Source of the DNA: Nitrospirota bacterium | GTDB lineage: Bacteria; UBA2233 | DNA: 41,025 nt | NCBI GenBank assembly: GCA_011620345.1 | Contig: WOZJ01000049.1 | Location: 1-41,025, forward strand | Direction: 5' to 3' | Shown here: positions 17,659 through 25,731 of the stretch, piece after piece | Numbering within the stretch: position 1 is the stretch's first letter | How the letters are laid out: each line of letters opens with the position of its first letter | Notes under the pieces: generated by a model | The model's database searches: none | The model's input: the letters and a program-made list of their open reading frames with translations, nothing else | Told to the model about the DNA's origin: nothing | Position numbers and translations under genes: made by a program

Positions 17659-17910
17659 ATGCGCAAGCTAACAGACATCCAACCGGGAACGAGCGTCATT
17701 CTCAAGGAAGTTTTGGGGGGCAAGCGCCTCCAGACAAGGCTCATCGGCCACGGCCTTCTTGAAGGAAGGGCATTTCTGGTGCTCGAGCGCTTGGGTCAAG
17801 GGGGGCCCGTGCTGGTTGAAATCGAAGGGAGCAAGCTTGCCATAGGAAGGGGCATAGCAGAAAAGATCCTCGTCCAGCCCGAAGAGGGCCTAGCTGGGCT
17901 TTTCGGATAG
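17659..17910 (+). CDS. feoA: Ferrous iron transport protein A
   Basis: RLIGHGL..GPVLVEIEGSKLAIGRGIAEKILV SH3-like FeoA pattern; directly upstream of feoB. Confidence 0.9.
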   Translation: MRKLTDIQPGTSVILKEVLGGKRLQTRLIGHGLLEGRAFLVLERLGQGGPVLVEIEGSKLAIGRGIAEKILVQPEEGLAGLFG

Positions 17911-17915
17911 CCGTC

Positions 17916-19967
17916 ATGCTGAAGGCCGCGCTGATCGGCAACCCAAACGCGGGAAAAACGACGCTGTTCAACGCGCTGACCGGCGCAAGGCAGCGGGTGG
18001 CCAATTACCCCGGCACAACGGTGGAGCGAAAGGAAGGGGGGTTCCAAGCCCTGGGGGAGGATGTCGCGCTGATCGATTTGCCAGGCATCTACGACCTCAC
18101 GCCGCTTTCCCCCGACGAGGCGGTTGCCAGGGCCGCGCTGATCAAAGAAAGGCCAGACGTCATCGTCCAGGTGCTCGATGCTTCCAACTTGGCACGCGGG
18201 CTTTATCTGACGCTCGAACTTTTGGCCCTCGAAACACCGCTCGTCCTTTGCCTCAACATGCTCGATGTTGCCGAGGCAAAGGGGGCGCACGTGGACCCAA
18301 GGGCGCTCTCCAAGCTTTTGGGCGTCCCCGTCGCCGAGGCAATTGCCTCCAAGGGCGTCGGCATGGATGCGCTCAAGCGCACGATCCGCGAAACGGCCAA
18401 GGAGGGACGCGCCCCTAGGGCACGCGTGGCATACGGCGAGCCTCTCGATTTTGCGCTCAAAACGCTCCAGAGCACGCTCGAGGCCGCCCCTTCGCTGGAA
18501 TCGGACTTTCCCGCTTCCTACCTCGCCCTCAAACTCTTGGAAGGCGACGAGCTCCTCGCCAAGGCCATTCAAGGCGGAGCTGGGTACGCTCCGCTCGAGG
18601 CCGCGTTTCAAGCCATTCGGGAGCAGATTGGCCAGAACACGGACATGATGCTCAAGCAAAGGCGCTACGAAAAGGCATCGCAAATCGCCAAGAGTGTTAC
18701 CCTATTGGCCCCCAAACCTGCCCAAGAAGCTGCGGGCGACAAGCTGGATCGTTTGCTCTTAAACCCGAAAGTAGGGATCCCTGCCTTCCTAGTCATGCTT
18801 TTTAGCGTGTTCGCCCTGACATTCCTTCTAGGCAACCCTTTGGCCGAAGGTATCGAGCGCATCATCGGCGTGCTCGGCGCGTGGATGATCGGCGTGCTCG
18901 GGACGGCCTCCCCGCTGCTCGCATCATTTTTGACGGACGGCGTGCTGGCCGGAGTCGGGGCGGTGCTTACGTTCCTTCCGCAGATCGCCATTCTCTTTTT
19001 GGCGCTCGTGGCGATGGAAGATTCCGGGGCCATGGCCAGGGCGGCCTACCTGCTGGAGGGCTGGATGTCCAAACTAGGGCTTCACGGCAAGAGCGTCATC
19101 CCGATGGTGCTCGGGTTTGGATGCGCCGTGCCCGCGATCATGGCCACAAGGATTGTCGAGTCCAGAAAAGAGCGGCTGATCACCATGTTCGTCATGCCGC
19201 TTTTTAGCTGCAGCGCAAGGTTTCCCATTTACGTGTTGATCGTAGCCGCCTTCTTTCCAAAGCCTTTGCAACCGCTAGCGCTGTTTGGCGTGTACATGCT
19301 AGGCGTCCTACTGGCCTTTTTGATCGCGGTGCTATTCAAGGGGGCCTTCGATAAGGAAGAAGAGGGCTTTTTTTTGCTGGAGATTCCACCCTACCGCATG
19401 CCATCCAAAAAAACGCTCATTTTCTTCACCTGGCAGCGCGTAGGCCAGTTCCTCAAGCGTGCGGGTACGATCATCTTCGCCTTCAGCGTGCTCATGTGGG
19501 CGATGAGCCGGTTCCCCTCCCCTCCCGCAAGCGAGCTTGCAGCCGTGCCGGAGGGGATGAGGCCTGCCTACCGGCTCGGCTACTCGTTCACTGGCAGGCT
19601 TGCTAAGGGCATCGAGCCCATTCTAGAGCCCATCGGGTTCGACGGCAGGATTGGGATGGCGCTTGTCGGGGCGACGCTCGCCAGGGAGATCTTCATCTCG
19701 CAACTCGGCATCGTCTACGCGCTAGATGCCCCGGAAGGAGTAAGCCCAAGCCTAGCGGACCGGCTACAGAAAGACTACGGCCCGCTCACGGGCGTTTGCC
19801 TGCTGCTGTACTTTTTGATCGCCAGCCCTTGCGTTTCGGCCTCCATCGTGATGACCAAAGAAAGCGGCTCACCCATGCTCGCCTTCTTGCAGGCGGGGTT
19901 TTTGTTCGCGCTCGGCTACGCGGCTGTGTTCGTGGCGTACCGGATCGGCCTGATGCTCGGGGCCTAG
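17916..19967 (+). CDS. feoB: Ferrous iron transport protein B
   Basis: GNPNAGKTT, NYPGTTV, DLPG, NMLD GTPase motifs; GFGCAVPA, CSARFP and EIPPYR membrane-domain motifs. Confidence 0.95.
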   Translation: MLKAALIGNPNAGKTTLFNALTGARQRVANYPGTTVERKEGGFQALGEDVALIDLPGIYDLTPLSPDEAVARAALIKERPDVIVQVLDASNLARGLYLTLELLALETPLVLCLNMLDVAEAKGAHVDPRALSKLLGVPVAEAIASKGVGMDALKRTIRETAKEGRAPRARVAYGEPLDFALKTLQSTLEAAPSLESDFPASYLALKLLEGDELLAKAIQGGAGYAPLEAAFQAIREQIGQNTDMMLKQRRYEKASQIAKSVTLLAPKPAQEAAGDKLDRLLLNPKVGIPAFLVMLFSVFALTFLLGNPLAEGIERIIGVLGAWMIGVLGTASPLLASFLTDGVLAGVGAVLTFLPQIAILFLALVAMEDSGAMARAAYLLEGWMSKLGLHGKSVIPMVLGFGCAVPAIMATRIVESRKERLITMFVMPLFSCSARFPIYVLIVAAFFPKPLQPLALFGVYMLGVLLAFLIAVLFKGAFDKEEEGFFLLEIPPYRMPSKKTLIFFTWQRVGQFLKRAGTIIFAFSVLMWAMSRFPSPPASELAAVPEGMRPAYRLGYSFTGRLAKGIEPILEPIGFDGRIGMALVGATLAREIFISQLGIVYALDAPEGVSPSLADRLQKDYGPLTGVCLLLYFLIASPCVSASIVMTKESGSPMLAFLQAGFLFALGYAAVFVAYRIGLMLGA

Positions 19968-19971
19968 GTGT

Positions 19972-20010
19972 ATGGCGGGACATTTTTACCTCGCCTATCG
20001 GGGGGGGGTT
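19972..20010 (-). repeat. Single-subunit copy of the REP-like repeat
   Basis: Minus strand AAC(C)nCGATAGGCGAGGTAAAAATGTCCCGCCAT. Confidence 0.65.
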
Positions 20011-20062
20011 TTGGTGGCTCCACGATGAACGAATGGCATAAACGTGCGAACAGGGCCTAAAA

Positions 20063-20587
20063 GTGGGACGTTCAATCTTAATCTTGGGGGGCGTTCGTTC
20101 CGGCAAAAGCAGCCTTGCGTTAAGGCTAGCAGGAGATGGGGCAAAAAAAGCCTTCGTTGCAACGGCCGAACCGTTCGATGAGGAGATGCACCGGCGCATA
20201 AGGCGTCATAAGCTAGAAAGGCAAGACGCATTCCTCACGATGGAAGCGCCAGAAAACCCAGGGGAGGCCGTTGCATCGCTTTCGGAGGGCATCGAAACGC
20301 TCGTTATCGATTGCATCGGCGTATGGCTTGGCAACCTCTTTGCCAAGCGTGGCCTCGAGGCAAAGAACGCCCCGGAAATAGAGGGCCTTCTAAGCGCTCT
20401 TAGAGCTTTTGGCGGAAACACCCTCGTCGTCAGCCAGGAAGCAACCATGGGGCTCGTCGGAATGGACCCCCTCACCCGCGCCTACCAAGAAACGCTCGGG
20501 CTCGTCAACCAACGCCTCGCGGCCCTCGCCGAAACGGCCGTCTTGATGGTGGCTGGCCTGCCGATTTGCCTGAAAGGGGGGCTTTAG
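20063..20587 (+). CDS. cobU: Bifunctional adenosylcobinamide kinase / adenosylcobinamide-phosphate guanylyltransferase
   Basis: GGVRSGKS P-loop, ATA..DEEM..RIRRH, IDC and NQRLAA..MVAGLP motifs. Confidence 0.9.
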   Translation: MGRSILILGGVRSGKSSLALRLAGDGAKKAFVATAEPFDEEMHRRIRRHKLERQDAFLTMEAPENPGEAVASLSEGIETLVIDCIGVWLGNLFAKRGLEAKNAPEIEGLLSALRAFGGNTLVVSQEATMGLVGMDPLTRAYQETLGLVNQRLAALAETAVLMVAGLPICLKGGL

Positions 20588-22122
20588 AGCGAGGTAACTT
20601 CGTAGCCTTCTTCGGGTGGGCGCGAAAGCACCTTGACGGCGATCCTTTTTTGGCTGAGCCGTTCGATCTCTTCGAGCACCCCCCGCTCCTCTTGCTCCAA
20701 TAGCTTGGCAAGCTCCTCGCTCAAGGCAAGAACGACCTTTGCGTAGGGGGTACGGAGGGCTTCTTTTTTGAGCGCCCGGAGCGCCTCGTAGAGGATGACG
20801 CTGGGGGATTTGATGTAGCCGTTGCCCCGGCAGTGCGGGCAGGACACGCTCATCATACTAAGGAACGACTCTCGGGTGCGCTTCCTTGTCATCTCAACGA
20901 GCCCAAGCTCGGAGATCTTGAGGATCGTCGTCCTGGCCCTGTCGACCTTGAGCGCATCCTTGAGTGCCGAGAATACCTTTTCCCTGTTCGTCTCGCGTTC
21001 CATGTCGATGAAATCAAGGATGATAATCCCGCCCAAGTTGCGAAGCCTCAACTGGTAAACGATCTCCTTGATCGCTTCGAGGTTCGTCTTGAGGACGGTA
21101 TCTTCAAGGTTATGCGACCCGACAAACCCTCCGGTGTTAACGTCGATCGCGGTAAGCGCCTCCGCCTCGTCGATCACGATCGAGCCCCCCGACTTCAGCC
21201 GTACCTTACGTTTTAGCCCCTCCTTCAGCCGGGCCTCGATACCCCTGACCTCGAACAGCGGCTGGGTCCCGTCGTAGTAGACGAGCGGGGGAAAGGGGAT
21301 GTGCGGAAGCGTCGTTTCGATGAAAGTAAGGACGTTCTCGTAGGTCTTTTTGTGGTCGACGATGATCCGTTCGACGTCAGGGCCTACGAGGTCGCGGATC
21401 GTGCGAAGCTCCAGACGCAAATCCTCAAGCAAAAGCGAAGGCGCCGGCCTTTTGTCTTTCTGCTCCAGCAAAACCCTCCATAGGTTCAGAAGGAACTCCA
21501 TGTCCTGCCTGAGCTCCTCTTCTTTCGCGCCATCGGAGGCGGTGCGCGCAATCAGCCCCCCGCCCCCCGCCGGACGAATGGCGTGGAGGATATCCCTTAG
21601 CCTTCGCCTTTCCGCTTCGTCACCAAGCCGCCTTGAGATGCCCACGTGGTTGACGGTAGGCATGTACACTAGGAATTTGCCGGGTAGCGTCACCTTTGAG
21701 GTAAGCCTTGCACCCTTTGTGCCCAGGGGCTCCTTGGTCACCTGGACGGGGATTTCCTGGCCCTCCTTGAGGAGGTCTTGAATCTTCGGCCTGCCTTGTG
21801 CGGCGTGGGCTTCTTGCGGCGGTTGGGCTTCGGGTTGGAGATCCCCTTCCCCTTCCTCGATGAACTCCAGTTCGTCGACCCCCTCTTCTTCGGGGAGCTC
21901 GAAGAAGTCTGAGACGTACAAAAAACCGGCTTTTTCGAGCCCGATGTCTACAAAGGCCGCCTGGATGCCCGGAAGAACCCGGACAACTTTCCCTTTGTAC
22001 ACGTTCCCGACGATGCTGCCGCTACCTTGGCGTTCCAGGTAGAACTCGACCGGCAAGCCGCCCTCAAGCAGCGCAACCCGAGTTTCCTTGCCCGTAACAT
22101 TGATGAGAATTTCTTGGTTCAT
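20584..22122 (-). CDS. rng: Ribonuclease G (Rne/Rng family)
   Basis: GNVYKGKV, AAFVDIG, KGARLT, AIDVNTG, GGIIILDFIDM and CPHCRG motifs. Confidence 0.93.
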   Translation of the reverse strand: MNQEILINVTGKETRVALLEGGLPVEFYLERQGSGSIVGNVYKGKVVRVLPGIQAAFVDIGLEKAGFLYVSDFFELPEEEGVDELEFIEEGEGDLQPEAQPPQEAHAAQGRPKIQDLLKEGQEIPVQVTKEPLGTKGARLTSKVTLPGKFLVYMPTVNHVGISRRLGDEAERRRLRDILHAIRPAGGGGLIARTASDGAKEEELRQDMEFLLNLWRVLLEQKDKRPAPSLLLEDLRLELRTIRDLVGPDVERIIVDHKKTYENVLTFIETTLPHIPFPPLVYYDGTQPLFEVRGIEARLKEGLKRKVRLKSGGSIVIDEAEALTAIDVNTGGFVGSHNLEDTVLKTNLEAIKEIVYQLRLRNLGGIIILDFIDMERETNREKVFSALKDALKVDRARTTILKISELGLVEMTRKRTRESFLSMMSVSCPHCRGNGYIKSPSVILYEALRALKKEALRTPYAKVVLALSEELAKLLEQEERGVLEEIERLSQKRIAVKVLSRPPEEGYEVTSL

Positions 22123-22149
22123 AGGGTTCCATTTGTCTATCTCTTTGTC

Positions 22150-23514
22150 TTATTGTAGCAGGTTTGAGACTCCGGACGTTCCAAAGAACAGAAAGCCGAC
22201 GAGTGCGAGCACAGGCAGCAGGATCGGGATTGAGTACTTCATGATGTACCCAAGAAAGCTTGGCGTAGGAACTCCCAGCGATTCGGCAATTGATTTTACC
22301 ATGAAATTGGGGGCGTTCCCGATGTAGGTCATGGCGCCAAAAAACACGCAGCCCATCGATACGGCCTCGATGAACAGCGCGAGCTCGGGCGTCGTCAGGA
22401 ACTCGTTCATGTGCGCGCGGTTGTCGACGCTTTTACCGAAAAGCCCGAAGGCGGCGCTAAGAAAATTCAGGTATGTAGGCGCGTTGTCCAGGAAACCGGA
22501 CAGTACGCCCGACCCAAAGTAGAACTGGAGGGGATGGGTGAGCCCAATGTGCCCGGCGTTGCGCTCTAAGTAGTCCAAAGCGGGCATCATCGTCGCAAAG
22601 ATCCCGGCAAACAGGATGGCGACCTCTTGAATGGGGTGAAAGTTGAAGGCGTTTTTGGTTAACGCCTCCTTGTTGGCCGTCTTGAGGGCCAACAAGGACA
22701 CAAGCACCATGAGCCCGGAAGTGGCAAGCGTGACGACCTCGACCGAAAGCCCAGCCCGAACGAGCGGGTTTTGGGCCAGCACTAGCGCAAGGATCGCAAG
22801 AAGCCAGCCGAAGTTGCGCTTTCCCATTAGCACGAAGTTCTTTCCCTTGGGCATGACCATGCCGGGCGCGGGGCTTTTCTTTCCTTGCGCTTTCGGCGCC
22901 ATCCGCTCGAAGAGGTAAAAGATTAAAAGGATAAGCCCCACGGCAAAAAGCCACACGAAGACAACCCGGTCGAAGAGCCAGAAAAACGGAACACCCTTTA
23001 GATAGCCGAGGAACAAAGGAGGGTCGCCGATGGGCAGAAGGCCGCCGCCCATGTTGGAGACGAGAAAAATAAAGAATACAACGTGGTAGGGGCGTATCCG
23101 GCCTTTGTTGATCCTTAAGTAAGGCCGAAGCAGCAGCATGCTCGCTCCAGCCGTCCCCATAATGTTGGCAATCACACAGCCTATGCCCAAAAGCCCCGTG
23201 TTGAGCATGGGGCTTGGTTTGGCCTGGATGTCTAAATAAATGCCGCTCGCGACGATAAAGAGCGAACCCACCAAGGCGATGAACCCTGCATACTCGATTG
23301 CGGTAAGGGCCAGCTTGTGCGGCCCGTAGTGGTGGGTTTCGGGGGTGTTGAGAAGCGTTAGGTAGAGGACGACGACGATAAGCCCCAACACCAAAGAAAG
23401 CAGCGAGTAGACTCTTTCCCAGAAATGCGGGCTGACAAGCGGGACGAGCGCGATGCAACCGAGCAGGAACGCGAATGGCAGCGTCCATAGAATAGGAACA
23501 TCCGGGACGTGCAT
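22150..23514 (-). CDS. Ion transporter superfamily membrane protein (putative Na+/H+ antiporter or carboxylate transporter)
   Basis: Many TM helices; SNMGGGLLPIGDPPLFLGY, FLDNAPTY and TYIGNAPNFM motifs; AAGGAAGG RBS before ATG 23514. Confidence 0.85.
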   Translation of the reverse strand: MHVPDVPILWTLPFAFLLGCIALVPLVSPHFWERVYSLLSLVLGLIVVVLYLTLLNTPETHHYGPHKLALTAIEYAGFIALVGSLFIVASGIYLDIQAKPSPMLNTGLLGIGCVIANIMGTAGASMLLLRPYLRINKGRIRPYHVVFFIFLVSNMGGGLLPIGDPPLFLGYLKGVPFFWLFDRVVFVWLFAVGLILLIFYLFERMAPKAQGKKSPAPGMVMPKGKNFVLMGKRNFGWLLAILALVLAQNPLVRAGLSVEVVTLATSGLMVLVSLLALKTANKEALTKNAFNFHPIQEVAILFAGIFATMMPALDYLERNAGHIGLTHPLQFYFGSGVLSGFLDNAPTYLNFLSAAFGLFGKSVDNRAHMNEFLTTPELALFIEAVSMGCVFFGAMTYIGNAPNFMVKSIAESLGVPTPSFLGYIMKYSIPILLPVLALVGFLFFGTSGVSNLLQ

Positions 23515-23587
23515 CGAACTCCTTCCTTTAAGCGTTTCGTGATAGAATATAATATCTAAAACAAAAAAGGAACCAATCGGCCGCTCC

Positions 23588-24070
23588 ATGGTGAAACCGC
23601 TGTCCACACTCTCGCAAGAGCTAGGCGATGCGCTGGGGGCAAACAAACAAACGCTCGCTGTGGCCGAGTCATGCACGGGGGGGCTTTTGGCAAAGGCTGT
23701 CACGGACATCCCCGGTAGTTCCGCCTACTTCATGGGTGGGGTGGTCACCTACAGCAACGCTTCCAAAATCAAGCTCCTTGGCGTCGACGTTGCAACGCTA
23801 GAGCGCTGCGGGGCCGTAAGCGAGCCCGTGGCGCTAAGAATGGCCGAGGGTGTTCGCGGCCTGCTCGATGCGGACATCGGAGTCGGCATCACCGGAGTTG
23901 CGGGCCCAGAAGGAGGAAGCGTCGAAAAGCCAGTGGGCACGGTCTATATCGCCTGGGACATCCAAGGGGCGTTGAGCGTTCGCTTGTTCCAGTTCGGCGA
24001 CATCGGGCGGAGTGCCGTACGCGAGGCCGCGGCCGAATCCGCAATCGAAGGCATCCTGGAGGCCCTTTAG
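23588..24070 (+). CDS. cinA: CinA C-terminal domain protein (nicotinamide-nucleotide amidohydrolase, PncC-like)
   Basis: AESCTGG, PGSS, GAVS, TGVAGP and PVGTV motifs. Confidence 0.9.
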   Translation: MVKPLSTLSQELGDALGANKQTLAVAESCTGGLLAKAVTDIPGSSAYFMGGVVTYSNASKIKLLGVDVATLERCGAVSEPVALRMAEGVRGLLDADIGVGITGVAGPEGGSVEKPVGTVYIAWDIQGALSVRLFQFGDIGRSAVREAAAESAIEGILEAL

Positions 24071-24071
24071 C

Positions 24072-24647
24072 GTGCGAATGTTCACTGCATTCGAGCTGCC
24101 CGATTCGCTCAAGCGGGCGCTCGGCTCCTTTCAAGCATCGCTAAAGCAAGCCATCCCGGGGCCGGTTTCTTGGGTTCGCGAAGAAAACTTCCACATCACT
24201 GCATGGTTTTTGGGGGAGACGAACCCAAACGACGCGGCCTGTATCGAGGCTCGATTAATGGATGGCCTTGAGGGCATAGCGCCGATAGAGGTTCACCTAG
24301 GCGGGTTTGCCTGGATGCCCGGGGCAAAGCCAAGAGTGTTGTATATTGCCGTAAAAGACCCAGGGGCCCTCCAAGATGTAGCCTTGAAAGCCAAAGACGT
24401 CCTTTTGGAGGCCGTGCCATCGCTTGCGTTCGACAAACCCTTCCTTGCGCACGTCACGCTAGGGAGGGTCAAACAGCCAACGGCCAAGCTTGAGGCGCTG
24501 CTTGGGCGGCTTCCTGTCGAAACGCCCGAGTTCGAACCGTTTGTGGTCCAAGGCATAGGGCTTTTCGAGAGCAACCTTTCGCCCGCTGGGGCAAGGTACA
24601 GAAGGGTTGCGCTTGTTCCGTTCCAGCAACACCGTTTTATTGCATAA
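24072..24647 (+). CDS. thpR: RNA 2',3'-cyclic phosphodiesterase (2H phosphoesterase)
   Basis: Two HxT motifs (HIT, HVTLGR), RMFTAF start, position between cinA and recA. Confidence 0.9.
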   Translation: MRMFTAFELPDSLKRALGSFQASLKQAIPGPVSWVREENFHITAWFLGETNPNDAACIEARLMDGLEGIAPIEVHLGGFAWMPGAKPRVLYIAVKDPGALQDVALKAKDVLLEAVPSLAFDKPFLAHVTLGRVKQPTAKLEALLGRLPVETPEFEPFVVQGIGLFESNLSPAGARYRRVALVPFQQHRFIA

Positions 24648-24669
24648 CAGCGCGCAAAAGGAGTTGAAG

Positions 24670-25713
24670 GTGGCACAACCGCAGACTGAAGTCCGCTCGA
24701 AGGCGCTCGAGGCCGCTGTCGGCAAGATTGAGCGCCAGTACGGCAAGGGCTCGATCATGCGAATGGGGGAAGTCGCCCATGAGCAGGTAGAGGTTACTCC
24801 TTCAGGCTCGCTCGCCTTGGACGTGGCCCTCGGTGTAGGGGGTATCCCTAGGGGCCGGATCACGGAGGTTTTCGGGCCGGAGTCTTCCGGCAAGACAACG
24901 CTAGCGCTTCATATCATCGCCGAAACCCAGAAATTGGGCGGGGTGGCAGTTTTCGTGGACGCCGAGCACGCCCTCGACCCGATCTATGCAAGGAGGCTGG
25001 GCGTCAAAACAGACGAGCTACTCATCTCTCAGCCCGACTACGGCGAGCAGGCGCTCGACATCGTAGAATCGCTCGTCATGAGCGGTGCGGTGGATATCGT
25101 CGTAGTCGATTCTGTCGCCGCGCTCGTCCCGAAGGCTGAAATCGATGGCGAGATGGGCGATACGCACGTGGGGTTGCAAGCACGCCTCATGTCGCAGGCG
25201 TTGCGCAAGCTCACGGCCGCCATCCATCGCTCGAACGTCACCGTCGTGTTCATCAACCAGGTCCGCACCAAGATCGGCGTGATGTTCGGCAACCCAGAAA
25301 CGACCACGGGCGGGAACGCGCTCAAGTTTTACTCTACCATCCGAATCGAGGTACGCCGAATCGGCCCGCTAAAAAAGGGAGACGAGCAGGTTGGAAACCG
25401 CACGCGGGGAAAGATTGTCAAGAACAAGGTCGCCCCGCCCTTCAGGGAGGTCGAGTTCGACATCCTTTACGGCGAGGGCATCTCCAAGGAAGGCGAAGCC
25501 CTCGACATGGGCACCGAGTTGGGCTTGGTCGAAAAATCGGGCTCTTGGTATGCCTACGAGGGCGAAAAGATCGGCCAGGGCAGAGAAAACGCCAGGCTCT
25601 ACTTAAGAGAACACCCAGAGATCGTCCAGAAGGTCGAATCGAGCATCTTCGAGCGGCTCCACATCGTAAGGAACCTGGGACAAAGAGCCCAAAAACAGGA
25701 GACGAACTCCTAA
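24670..25713 (+). CDS. recA: Recombinase RecA
   Basis: [34 protein letters not shown] and KNKVAPP motifs; AAGGAG RBS before GTG 24670. Confidence 0.98.
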   Translation: MAQPQTEVRSKALEAAVGKIERQYGKGSIMRMGEVAHEQVEVTPSGSLALDVALGVGGIPRGRITEVFGPESSGKTTLALHIIAETQKLGGVAVFVDAEHALDPIYARRLGVKTDELLISQPDYGEQALDIVESLVMSGAVDIVVVDSVAALVPKAEIDGEMGDTHVGLQARLMSQALRKLTAAIHRSNVTVVFINQVRTKIGVMFGNPETTTGGNALKFYSTIRIEVRRIGPLKKGDEQVGNRTRGKIVKNKVAPPFREVEFDILYGEGISKEGEALDMGTELGLVEKSGSWYAYEGEKIGQGRENARLYLREHPEIVQKVESSIFERLHIVRNLGQRAQKQETNS

Positions 25714-25731
25714 GGAGGCGTTTGAAGCCCT

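Noticed and set aside
20034-20047. TGGCATAAACGTGC as a sigma54 promoter
   Set aside because: The GG-to-GC spacing is 9 nt rather than the required 10
19968-20062. Possible cobalamin riboswitch upstream of cobU
   Set aside because: The gap is only 95 nt, much of it is a repeat copy, and no B12-box elements (GGGAA, GCCACTG) are present
22150-23709. 519-aa long version of the antiporter ORF (also extended starts for thpR 24012, recA 24607, feoA 17419, dehydrogenase 15970, Pro-rich ORF 11497)
   Set aside because: Most of the extensions overlap neighbouring genes; downstream starts with an RBS or family-typical N-termini fit better
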